64,000 nucleotides of DNA from Thermoanaerobaculia bacterium (GTDB lineage: Bacteria > Acidobacteriota > Thermoanaerobaculia > Multivoradales > Multivoraceae): positions 2,840,982 through 2,904,981 of the forward strand of contig OZ243982.1 in assembly GCA_965214805.1 (NCBI GenBank). Reading direction: 5' to 3'. The notes under the pieces were generated by a model, which made no database searches, was not told where the DNA came from, and saw only the letters and a program-made list of their open reading frames with translations. Position numbers and translations under genes: made by a program. Shown piece after piece: positions 34,911 through 43,915 of the stretch (position 1 is the stretch's first letter; each line of letters starts with the position of its first letter).

Positions 34911-36425
34911 ATGATCCGAGTGATTGGCGCCCAGCGCCAGACCGCGATTCGCGTTCTCGCCTCGAGCGTCGTTGGCGCGCTGGCAGTTTCCGGCGTTGCC
35001 GCCGCAGCCGCGGTCGACCCCGAGCCGGTCACCTTCCACCGCGACGTGGCGCCCGTGTTGCAGCAGGAATGCCAGGTGTGCCACCGCCCGAACGGCGCCA
35101 ATCTCGGCGGCATGGTGGCGCCGATGGCGCTCACGACCTATGAAGAGACGCGCCCCTGGGCGCGTTCGATCGCACGCCAGGTCGCGTCTCGAGAGATGCC
35201 TCCGTGGGATGCCTCCCCCGAACACGACGGCGTGTTTGCGAACGAGCGCACGTTGAACCAGGAGCAGATCGATCTCCTGGTCCGCTGGGCCGAGTCCGGC
35301 GCCCCGGCCGGCGATCCGGCGGACGCCCCGGAACCGATCGAGTGGCCGAGCAGCGACGGCTGGCTGATCGGCGAGCCCGACCTCGTCCTGCAGTTCGACG
35401 AGCCCTACTTCGTCGACGACGACGTCGATGACCTCTACATCTACTTCAAGACGACGGTGACCGAGGAGATGATCCCCGAGGACCGCTTCGTCAAGGCGAT
35501 CGAGTTCCGGCCCGGCAGTTCGGCGGTCCACCACATCATCGTGCCCGGTCTGGGCGGCATCGCTCCCGGCAACGACCCGGTGATCCACGCCGACGGCATG
35601 GCGGACGTGCTCAAGGCTGGCCGTGACCTGCAGTGGCAGATGCACTACCACAAGGAGCCCGGCGAAGGCACCGGCGTGTGGGATCAGTCGCAGGTGGCGC
35701 TCAAGTTCTACGACAGCGACGAGGAAGTGAAGTACGAGGTCTTCAACGCGGACATGGGCAAGTACGACTTCGCCGTGCCGCCGGGCGCCGCGGACTACAC
35801 GATCCGGACCGACTGGACCTTCCCGACAGATTCGGAGATCGTCGGCTACCTGCCGCACATGCACCTGCGCGGCAAGGCGGCAAAGTACGAGGCGTTCTAC
35901 CCGGACGGCAGCCATGAGGTCCTGCTCGACGTGCCGAACTACGACTTCAACTGGCAGACCACCTACAAGTACAAGGAACGCAAGAAGGTGCCTGCCGGCA
36001 CCCGGCTGGTCCTGACCACGGTGTTCGACAACTCCGAGAACAACCCGGCCAACCCGGACCCGACCGCGACGGTCCGCTGGGGCGAGCCGACGACGGACGA
36101 GATGAGCTACGGCTTCGTGTCCTACATCAACGACGAGAACGAGGGTCACGTCGCCTTCACGAGCGACGAGGGCGGCATCGACGTCACCGCGATCGTGGCG
36201 TTCTCCGACGAGAGCCGCGACGGCAAGATGCAGCTCGAAGAGGCTCCGGGCATGGTCAGGCAGTACTTCGAGATGATGGATCAGAACAAGGACGGCGCCG
36301 TCGACATGGAGGAGGCGAAGGCCGCCAACGCCTTCCTCGCGCAGATGGCCGAGCAGAGGGCCGCGGAGCAGGGGGCCGCCGAGCAGACGGCCCAGGCCGC
36401 TGCCGGAGCAGCCAGCGGAGAGTAG
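34911..36425 (+). CDS. Secreted cytochrome c / copper type II (PHM/DBM-like) monooxygenase-domain protein with EF-hands
   Basis: Signal peptide; CQVCH heme motif; VHHII, QMHYH, PHMHLRG and DEM copper-ligand pattern; DESRDGKMQLEE and DQNKDGAVDMEE EF-hand-like loops. Confidence 0.8.
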   Translation: MIRVIGAQRQTAIRVLASSVVGALAVSGVAAAAAVDPEPVTFHRDVAPVLQQECQVCHRPNGANLGGMVAPMALTTYEETRPWARSIARQVASREMPPWDASPEHDGVFANERTLNQEQIDLLVRWAESGAPAGDPADAPEPIEWPSSDGWLIGEPDLVLQFDEPYFVDDDVDDLYIYFKTTVTEEMIPEDRFVKAIEFRPGSSAVHHIIVPGLGGIAPGNDPVIHADGMADVLKAGRDLQWQMHYHKEPGEGTGVWDQSQVALKFYDSDEEVKYEVFNADMGKYDFAVPPGAADYTIRTDWTFPTDSEIVGYLPHMHLRGKAAKYEAFYPDGSHEVLLDVPNYDFNWQTTYKYKERKKVPAGTRLVLTTVFDNSENNPANPDPTATVRWGEPTTDEMSYGFVSYINDENEGHVAFTSDEGGIDVTAIVAFSDESRDGKMQLEEAPGMVRQYFEMMDQNKDGAVDMEEAKAANAFLAQMAEQRAAEQGAAEQTAQAAAGAASGE

Positions 36426-36459
36426 CCGTCGGTCAGTTCACGGACAGTCCGTTCGGTAC

Positions 36460-36494
36460 GAACCGCCGGCGCGCCGCCAGGCCGCCGGCGGTTC
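36460..36494 (+). terminator. 12-bp perfect stem-loop downstream of the monooxygenase (terminator- or REP-like)
   Basis: gaaccgccggcg ... cgccggcggttc; lacks a clear U-tract. Confidence 0.45.
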
Positions 36495-36636
36495 TGCGTC
36501 TGGCTCCCGGCTGCGGTTCGAACGATGCGGCTGGCTGGGGAGGCGCGTCGCAGGAGAGGGTCGCCAGACCCTCGAGGTGGTGTCCCAAGCCGGTTGTCCG
36601 GCTTTCGGCTTGTCACGCTGGCGGAACGACGGCCTG

Positions 36637-36809
36637 GCAGCCTGTGGCTGAAGTCGCGTTGCATTCGGGGGTCGTTCATCCCCGCCCGGCAGCGTTGCTC
36701 CTCGGGTCCGCCATGGCCCTGAAATGGCCCGCTATACTTGTTCGTCCCGCCCTGCCGGACGGGCGGCTGACCTCCCTTGGTGCGACCTGGACTTCTACCG
36801 GACGGGAGC
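36637..36809 (-). mobile_element. MITE-like element, diverged inverted copy of 38994-39136
   Basis: Reverse complement shares 'gaatgca.cgcgactt..gccac.gg.tgc', 'ccgaggagcaacg' and 'tccggca.ggcg.gacga' blocks. Confidence 0.7.
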
Positions 36810-36845
36810 CATGGCCACGAGCCTCTTCGGGTTCCGCCGGAGTTG

Positions 36846-37820
36846 ATGAATGCCGAGATGAGTCTCCAGACCGCTGGCGCCAGCGGCGAGGTGAGTCCGT
36901 TCCCGATGTCCTGCCGCATCATCCTGTCGGACAACCTTCCGGTGCTTCAGGCAATGCGCGCCGACAGCGTGGATCTGATCTACGTCGATCCTCCGTTCAA
37001 CACCGGCAGGCTCCAGAGCCGCACCCGCATCCGGGTCGCTCGGGATTGCGAAGGCGACCGTACAGGCTTCAACGGAACCCGCTACAGAACGGAGGTCGTG
37101 GGCCGGAGCGGCTTCGACGACCGTCATGGGGACTACATGGGGTTCCTTGCACCGCGCCTCCGCGAGGCCTACCGGATTCTTGAACCGGCAGGTTCCTTCT
37201 TCCTTCACATCGACTACCGCGAGGCCCACTACTGCAAGATCCTCCTCGACGAGATCTTCGGCCGAGCGTCGTTCATGAATGAGATCATCTGGGCGTATGA
37301 CTACGGTGCTCGCTCGAAGCGGAAGTGGTCGGCCAAGCACGACACGATCTTCTGGTACGCCAAGGACCCCGCCGCCTACACGTTCAACTTCGACGTGATG
37401 GACCGGATCCCCTACATGGCTCCGGGGCTCGTCTCCAGGGAGAAGGCCGCCCGCGGCAAGACGCCCACCGACGTGTGGTGGCACACCATCGTGAGCCCGA
37501 CAGGACGCGAAAAGACGGGTTACCCCACTCAGAAGCCCTTGGGGGTTCTGGAACGCATCATCAAGGTCCATTCCAACCCCGGCGATGTCGTAATGGACTT
37601 TTTCGCCGGGAGCGGAACAACGGGCGAAGCCGCGGCGCGCTGTGGCAGGCACTGCATCCTGGTCGACTCGAATCCCGAGGCGGCGCATGTCATGGCTCGG
37701 CGCCTGGTCGACCACGACGTGGATACCATCGGGTTTGACCGGGAGAGCGCGCGAGGGGATCAACAGAGCCTGTTTGCTTCACGACACGGACGAAGCGCGG
37801 CAGATGATCAGCGATCCTGA
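36846..37820 (+). CDS. N4/N6 DNA methyltransferase, beta class
   Basis: DLIYVDPPF precedes YPTQKP and DFFAGSGTTG; start could be 36846, 36858 or 36906. Confidence 0.92.
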   Translation: MNAEMSLQTAGASGEVSPFPMSCRIILSDNLPVLQAMRADSVDLIYVDPPFNTGRLQSRTRIRVARDCEGDRTGFNGTRYRTEVVGRSGFDDRHGDYMGFLAPRLREAYRILEPAGSFFLHIDYREAHYCKILLDEIFGRASFMNEIIWAYDYGARSKRKWSAKHDTIFWYAKDPAAYTFNFDVMDRIPYMAPGLVSREKAARGKTPTDVWWHTIVSPTGREKTGYPTQKPLGVLERIIKVHSNPGDVVMDFFAGSGTTGEAAARCGRHCILVDSNPEAAHVMARRLVDHDVDTIGFDRESARGDQQSLFASRHGRSAADDQRS

Positions 37821-38358
37821 AGTGCAGCTTCTGGCTGCCTTGGCGGAGGGCTTGAAGAGCGAGTATCAGACCGACGAGGATACGAATTGGGCGCAGAGCC
37901 CGTTCGGGTGGATCAGGTGGCAGCCATCGAGGCGCAAGGGAGCGATCGGCGAGAGGCTGGTCGCCGGATGGTGCGCGGCTCGGGACATCAACGTCCTGCG
38001 ATCTCCCGACGCCGAGGCAGATCGTGTCCTGGAGGGGTTCCGAACCGAGATCAAGTTCTCCACCCTCTGGGACAACCAGCACTACAGGTTCCAGCAGATC
38101 CGGGATCAGGACTACCAGCTGCTGGTCTGCCTGGGCGTTTCTCCGTTCACCGCTCACGCCTGGGTCTTCGCGAAGGAGTTCGTGATCTCGAACACCGGTG
38201 TGGTCGCAGGGCTGTCTCATCAACACGGTGGCGCGGAGGGCCGCGACACAGCCTGGCTCAGCGTTTCGCCGGCCGACGTTCACCCTTGGATGCAAGGACA
38301 CGGCGGGGACCTGGGTACCGCAATCCGGCGACTGCGGGAGCTGGTCGGCTTGCCCTGA
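37804..38358 (+). CDS. Putative type II restriction endonuclease (PD-(D/E)XK)
   Basis: KGAIGERLV...ADRV...TEIKFSTLW...FQQIRDQDY; overlaps the 3' end of the MTase. Confidence 0.7.
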   Translation: MISDPEVQLLAALAEGLKSEYQTDEDTNWAQSPFGWIRWQPSRRKGAIGERLVAGWCAARDINVLRSPDAEADRVLEGFRTEIKFSTLWDNQHYRFQQIRDQDYQLLVCLGVSPFTAHAWVFAKEFVISNTGVVAGLSHQHGGAEGRDTAWLSVSPADVHPWMQGHGGDLGTAIRRLRELVGLP

Positions 38359-38612
38359 AGGCGTGGACGCCCCATCTACCTGGCGACTGCCGAGACGACT
38401 GCGGGGAGCAGTCGTGCCGTACCTGCGGAAGCGGGACGGGCAGCAGGCCTCGGTCGTTCGGCGCCTCGATCACGAGAGTCGTTCACGAGAACTCTGGGGG
38501 GATCGGCATCATGCCGGTTTTGCGGCGCTCGGAGTCTTGCGGGCCGCGGCCTGAAATCCTCGAGGTCTTGGCGACAGCGTCTTCGCCGTTCGCGCGCTGT
38601 AGAGTCGGGTCC

Positions 38613-38996
38613 GTGACTCGTGCCTCGCCTTCAGCGGCTTGCGCCGTCGTCGTCCGGCGCGCCGACGACGTGCCGGCGAACCGGGTCGAGCTCGGTACCG
38701 CAACGACGACGCAGGTGCTGCTCGGCGCCGACGACGCGGCGCCCCACTTCGCGATGCGTCGGTTCCGGATGGAGGACGGCGGCGGCATGCCGCTGCACAC
38801 GAATCAGGTGGAGCACGAACAGTATGTGCTGCGGGGCCGGGCGCGGATCGTGCTGGGCGAGGAGACGGTCGAGGTGGCCGCCGACGACGTGCTGCTGATT
38901 CCCGCCGGCCTGCCGCACTCCTACGAAGTGATCGAGGCGCCGTTCGAGTTCCTCTGCCTGGTGCCGAACCGGCCGGACCGGATCGACCTCGTCTAG
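38613..38996 (+). CDS. Cupin domain protein
   Basis: MPLHTNQVEHEQYVLRG and IPAGLPHSY cupin motifs. Confidence 0.85.
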   Translation: MTRASPSAACAVVVRRADDVPANRVELGTATTTQVLLGADDAAPHFAMRRFRMEDGGGMPLHTNQVEHEQYVLRGRARIVLGEETVEVAADDVLLIPAGLPHSYEVIEAPFEFLCLVPNRPDRIDLV

Positions 38997-39136
38997 CAGT
39001 CCGTGGCGAAAGTCCGCGTCGCACCGAGAGCGGCCAGGCGCCAGTCCGGCAAGGCGCGACGAGGGAGCATGTCAGGCCATGTCCGACCGAGGAGCAACGA
39101 CGCTCGAATGCAGCGCGACTTTCGCCACGGGTTGCC
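38994..39136 (+). mobile_element. MITE-like element with 19-bp terminal inverted repeats
   Basis: gcagtccgtggcgaaagtc (38996-39014) and gactttcgccacgggttgc (39117-39135), 17/19 match; no ORF inside. Confidence 0.75.
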
Positions 39137-39158
39137 TGCTCTGGCAGCTCGAGCGAAC

Positions 39159-40544
39159 GTGACCGCCCGCGCCGGCCTCGTCTTTCTTCTGGCGCTCGCT
39201 GCCGCCGCCGCCGCAGCTGATGAAGACACGCTGCCGCCTGACCTGCGCACCCGTGCGGACGGCATCGACTGGCCGGGCTTCCTGGGACCGAATCGCGACT
39301 CGAAGTCGCCCGAGACCGGGGTGCGGACCGACTGGAAGACCGACCCGCCGCCGCTTCTGTGGCACCTTGAACTCGGGGAAGGCTACGCGGCGCCATCGGT
39401 TGCCCGGGGGCGGCTCTTCCATTTCACGCGCGTTGGCAGCCGCGCGCGGCTGGTTGCCGTTCGCGCCGACACCGGCAGGGAACTCTGGCGCTCGGAGTAC
39501 CGCACGGACTACGAGGACTACTACGGCTACGACGGCGGCCCGCGCGCGGCGCCGCTGGTCGATGGCCCGCGAGTTCATGCGGTCGGCGCCGACGGCATCC
39601 TGCGCTGTCACCTGACGCTCGACGGCCAGGTGCTCTGGGAGCGTGATCTGCACGCCGAGTACGGAGTGCAGCAGAACTTCTTCGGCGTCGCCAGCTCGCC
39701 CTGGATCGAGGACGACCTGCTGATCGCGGCGGTCGGCGGCAGTCCGCCGGGCTCGCCCGGCATTCACAGCGGGCGGGTGAAACCGAACGGAACCGCGCTG
39801 GTCGCCTTCGACAAGCGCACCGGGGAGGAGCGCTACCGTCTCGGCGACGATCTCGCCAGCTACGCGAGCCCGGTGGTCCGAGACGTGGAAGGCAAGCGGC
39901 GCGGCTTCCACTTCGCGCGCTCGGGACTGATCGTCTTCGACCCGAAGGAGGGTCGGGAGCTCGCCGGTTTCAGCTGGCGGGCGCGCCGGCTGAGCAGCGT
40001 GAACGCCGCGAACCCGGTCGTCGTCGGCTCGCGCGTGCTGCTCACCGAGTCCTACGAGAAGGGGGCGGTGCTGCTCGCGTATGACGACGACCCGGAAGGT
40101 GACGCGCCCGGCCTCCGGCCGCTGTGGCAGGACGGCCCGCGCAACCAGGCGATCGCGGCGCACTGGAACACGCCGGTCCATCACGAGGGCGTGATCTACG
40201 TCTCGAGCGGCGAGAAGTCGCCTAACGCGGAACTGCGAGCCGTGGATCTGTCGACCGGCGAAGTGCACTGGAGTCAGCCGCGCCTTGCCCGCGTCCAGTT
40301 GCTCCACGTCGACGGCCACCTGGTGGTGCTGAACGAGGTCGGCGACCTGTTTCTTGTTCGCGCGACGCCGGACAGCTACCGGCAGGTCGCGCACCTGCGT
40401 CTCCGGGCCGAAGTCGACGGTCGAAACGTCGATCTGCTGCGCCATCCGGCGTGGGCGGCGCCGGTGCTCGCTCACGGGGTTCTGTACGTGCGTGGCCGGG
40501 GTCGCCTGGCGGCCCTGGAACTCATCCCGCCGCCAGCCCCGTGA
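39159..40544 (+). CDS. PQQ-like beta-propeller repeat protein (BamB-like)
   Basis: Signal peptide, DWPGFLGPNRD, repeated 'A.D..TG...W' blades; the ORF extension upstream lies inside the MITE. Confidence 0.85.
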   Translation: MTARAGLVFLLALAAAAAAADEDTLPPDLRTRADGIDWPGFLGPNRDSKSPETGVRTDWKTDPPPLLWHLELGEGYAAPSVARGRLFHFTRVGSRARLVAVRADTGRELWRSEYRTDYEDYYGYDGGPRAAPLVDGPRVHAVGADGILRCHLTLDGQVLWERDLHAEYGVQQNFFGVASSPWIEDDLLIAAVGGSPPGSPGIHSGRVKPNGTALVAFDKRTGEERYRLGDDLASYASPVVRDVEGKRRGFHFARSGLIVFDPKEGRELAGFSWRARRLSSVNAANPVVVGSRVLLTESYEKGAVLLAYDDDPEGDAPGLRPLWQDGPRNQAIAAHWNTPVHHEGVIYVSSGEKSPNAELRAVDLSTGEVHWSQPRLARVQLLHVDGHLVVLNEVGDLFLVRATPDSYRQVAHLRLRAEVDGRNVDLLRHPAWAAPVLAHGVLYVRGRGRLAALELIPPPAP

Positions 40545-43500
40545 CGGTCCCGGCTGCCGCGTCGATCCTGGTCTCGACTTCCGCCAGGGCGCGGTTGGCG
40601 GCCGCCGGCGACCGCCTGCGTGAGTTCCTCGTGACCAGCGACGAGGCCTTGCTGCTGGCGCCGTCCCGCGGCGCCGCAGATGACCTGCTGCTGCGGCTGT
40701 CGGCTGTGGGCGGCGGCTTGCTGGGAGTTCACGCGATGTCCTTCTGGCAGTGGGCGCTCCAGGCCGCCGCGCTCGATCTGGCCGCCGCCGGCCTGCGGCC
40801 GATCACGCCGCTCGGAACGGAAGCCGTCGCCGCCCGCGCGGCACGCCTGGCGGAGGCCAAGGGAGCACTCGAGCGCCTGTCACCGGTCGCCGGCATGCCG
40901 GGATTGACCCGTTCGCTGGCCGCGACGATCGGCGAGCTGCGGGCTGCGGGCGTTCCGGCCTCGGCGCTCATGGACGATGACGGAACGAGGGATCTGGGCC
41001 GTCTCCTCGCACGTTTCACCGCCGAGCTGCAGCGCTTCGGACTGGCCGACCGGCCCGCCGTCTTCCGCCTTGCCGCAGCAGCAGTCGCGGAGGGTCGGGC
41101 AGCCGTGCCGCCGCGGTCGATCTGGCTCGATCTTCCCCTGCGCAGCGGCGCCGAGGCCGAGGTTCTGCGGTCCCTTGCCGGCCGCAGCCTCGAGGTCGCG
41201 GCGACCGTCGCCGCTGGCGACGTGGAATCGATGGAGCGGTTGCGCTCGATACTCGGCGCCGGCGCCGCGATCGACCTCGACCTTGCGGCGGACGGAGAGG
41301 CGAGCGGCGCGCTCGGTCGCGTGCAGCGGTTTCTCTTCGAGACCGGCTCGGACGCGGTCCGGGCGTCTGCGGTTGCCGAGATACCCCCGAGCGTCGATAT
41401 CTTCTCGGCCGCCGGCGAGGGCCAGGAGTGCGTCGAAATCGCCCGCCGCATCCGCAGCGCTGCCGCCGCCGGAGCGGCCTTCGACCGCATCGCGATTCTG
41501 GTGCGGCAGCCGACCGCCTATCTGCCCCTGGTCGAGGATGCGCTCGGGCGCGCCGCCATCCCGGCGTACGTGACGCGAGGTTCGCTCCGCCCCAACCCGG
41601 CGGGCCGCGCCTTTCTGGCTCTGCTCGCCTGCGCTGCCGAGCGGCTGTCTGCCAGCCGCTTCGCCGAGTACCTGTCGCTCGGCCAGACGCCGGAGCCGGC
41701 TGCTGATGGCGCGCCGCCCGACCTCGAGGAAACGCCCTGGGTGGCACCGGCCGGCGAGCAGCTCGTGCTGAAGTCGCTGGCAGCGGCGCCGGCGCCGGGA
41801 GCGTCGAGCCCTCAACTCGAGCCGAGCCCGCAACTGGAACTGCCGGGCATCGGCTCGGAGGACGCAGGCGACTCCCGGGAACGGGCGGCGCCTGCCGGAG
41901 CGCTCCGCGTGCCCGCGCAGTGGGAACGCCTGCTGGTCGACGCCGCCGTGGTCGGGGGCGCCGACCGATGGAAGAGGCGGCTCGAAGGTCTCGACGCCGA
42001 GTTCCGCCTGCAGCTGCGGGAGGCAGACGACGACAACGAGCGCCGGCGCGGCTATCTCGAGCGCCAGATCGCGCGGCTCGGCACGCTCCGCAGCTTCGCG
42101 TTGCCCCTGATCGAGTTCCTGGACGCTCTGCCGGAGCGCGCGGACTGGGGCGTGTGGCTCGACCGCCTCGGCCGGCTGGCGACGATGGCGCTCCGTCGCC
42201 CGGAGTCCGTGCTCGGCGTGCTGGCCGAGCTCCGGCCGCTCTCGGAAGTCGACGAGGTGGGCCTTGCCGAGGTCGAACGGGTGCTTGCCGAACGCCTGCG
42301 GTTCAGCCGTCGTGAACCGCCGAAGCGGCGCTACGGCCGGGTCTTCGTGGGCACCGTCGAGGAGGCGGCCGGGCGGTCGTTCGACCTCGTGTTCGTGCCG
42401 GGGCTCGCCGAGGGTGTCTTCCCGCGGCGTTCCGGGGAGGACGCCCTGCTGCTCGATGAGCGGCGCCGTGCCCTGGCAGCCCGCGGCTACCGCCTCCTGG
42501 TGGATGTCGACCGCACGCGTCGGGAACAGCTCCTTCTGCGGCTCGCTGTCGGTGCGGCAGCCCGTAAGCTCGATGCCTCCTGGCCACGGGTCGATCTGGT
42601 GCAGGGACGGGCTCGGGTGCCTTCGCTTTACGCCCTGGATCTGCTGAGGGCCGCGGAGGGGCGGCTGCCGGACCTCGACACCCTCGGCCGGCGTGCGGCG
42701 GCCGCCGGCGCCGCGGTAGTTGGTTGGCCGGCGCCCCTGGACCCCGATGTCGCGATCGACGAGGCGGAGTTCGATCTGGCCCTGCTGCGGCCTCTGATCG
42801 GCGGCGCCGTGGCGGGTGCGCAACGCCGAGGCCGGGCGCGATTCCTGCTGTCCTCGAACGAACATCTCGCGCGGGCGCTGCGGGCGCGAGCCAGACGCTG
42901 GCGCCGGGCGTGGTTCCCTGTCGACGGCCTAGTCGACGTCGGCGGCGAGGCGCAGGAGTACCTCTCCCGGCATCGCATCGGCGCCCGCTCCTACTCGCCG
43001 ACGGCGCTCCAGAACTTCGCCGCCTGCCCCTACCGTTTCTTCCTGCAGGCAGTTCTGTACCTGCGGCCGCGCGACGAACTCGTGCAGCTCGAGCAGCTGG
43101 ACCCGATGACCCGCGGCGGCATCTTCCACGAGATCCAGTTCCGGCTGTTCGGCGCCCTCGGGGAAGAGGATCTGCTGCCGGTGACGCCTGCCCGGCTCGA
43201 GGACGCGTTCGGAGTCCTCGACAGCGTGCTGGAGAAGGCCGAGCGCGACTATCGCGACCGGCTGGCGCCGCCGATCAAAGGGGTCTGGAAGGCCGAGTTC
43301 GAGGGTCTCCGCGGCGACCTTCGCGGTTGGCTCCGCCAAGTGGCGGACAGGGACGGCGGCTGGACGCCGATTCACGCCGAGCTCGGCTTTGGCCTCTCAC
43401 GGTCGGGCGATCGTGACCCGAACAGCGTCCGGGCGCCGGCCAAGGTCCAGGACGGCGCCCGGCTCAGGGGCTCGATCGATCTGGTCGAAGCGAACGCCGA

Positions 43501-43915
43501 CGGCCGCCTGCGGGTAACGGACCACAAGACCGGCCGTGCACCCCGTCCCGCCGCCGACCACCTGGTCATCGGCGGCGGCACCGTGCTGCAGCCGGTGCTG
43601 TACAGCCTGGCGGCCGAGGCGGTGCTTGGTCCCGACCGCGACGTGGTCTCCGGTCGGCTCTTCTACTGCACTCAGCGCGGCGGGTACTCCGTGGTCTCGG
43701 TTCCGCTTGACGAGCGTAGCCGCGGCGCTGCAAGCCGGATGCTCGCCACCGTCGACCGGGCTCTCGAGGAGGGTTTCCTTCCCGCCGCGCCGGCGAAGGA
43801 CGAGTGCCGGTACTGCGACTACCGATCCGTCTGCGGCCCGTACGAGGAACTGCGCGTTGCCAACAAGCAGAAGCACCGCCTCGAACCGCTCGACCAGCTG
43901 AGGCTGGAGCCGTGA
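40541..43915 (+). CDS. addB: AddB/RexB-like PD-(D/E)XK nuclease subunit
   Basis: Inactive helicase-like N-terminus; SPTALQNFAACPY, GSIDLVE, DHKTG, Q..LY, CRYCDYRSVC Fe-S staple. Confidence 0.82.
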   Translation: MTVPAAASILVSTSARARLAAAGDRLREFLVTSDEALLLAPSRGAADDLLLRLSAVGGGLLGVHAMSFWQWALQAAALDLAAAGLRPITPLGTEAVAARAARLAEAKGALERLSPVAGMPGLTRSLAATIGELRAAGVPASALMDDDGTRDLGRLLARFTAELQRFGLADRPAVFRLAAAAVAEGRAAVPPRSIWLDLPLRSGAEAEVLRSLAGRSLEVAATVAAGDVESMERLRSILGAGAAIDLDLAADGEASGALGRVQRFLFETGSDAVRASAVAEIPPSVDIFSAAGEGQECVEIARRIRSAAAAGAAFDRIAILVRQPTAYLPLVEDALGRAAIPAYVTRGSLRPNPAGRAFLALLACAAERLSASRFAEYLSLGQTPEPAADGAPPDLEETPWVAPAGEQLVLKSLAAAPAPGASSPQLEPSPQLELPGIGSEDAGDSRERAAPAGALRVPAQWERLLVDAAVVGGADRWKRRLEGLDAEFRLQLREADDDNERRRGYLERQIARLGTLRSFALPLIEFLDALPERADWGVWLDRLGRLATMALRRPESVLGVLAELRPLSEVDEVGLAEVERVLAERLRFSRREPPKRRYGRVFVGTVEEAAGRSFDLVFVPGLAEGVFPRRSGEDALLLDERRRALAARGYRLLVDVDRTRREQLLLRLAVGAAARKLDASWPRVDLVQGRARVPSLYALDLLRAAEGRLPDLDTLGRRAAAAGAAVVGWPAPLDPDVAIDEAEFDLALLRPLIGGAVAGAQRRGRARFLLSSNEHLARALRARARRWRRAWFPVDGLVDVGGEAQEYLSRHRIGARSYSPTALQNFAACPYRFFLQAVLYLRPRDELVQLEQLDPMTRGGIFHEIQFRLFGALGEEDLLPVTPARLEDAFGVLDSVLEKAERDYRDRLAPPIKGVWKAEFEGLRGDLRGWLRQVADRDGGWTPIHAELGFGLSRSGDRDPNSVRAPAKVQDGARLRGSIDLVEANADGRLRVTDHKTGRAPRPAADHLVIGGGTVLQPVLYSLAAEAVLGPDRDVVSGRLFYCTQRGGYSVVSVPLDERSRGAASRMLATVDRALEEGFLPAAPAKDECRYCDYRSVCGPYEELRVANKQKHRLEPLDQLRLEP

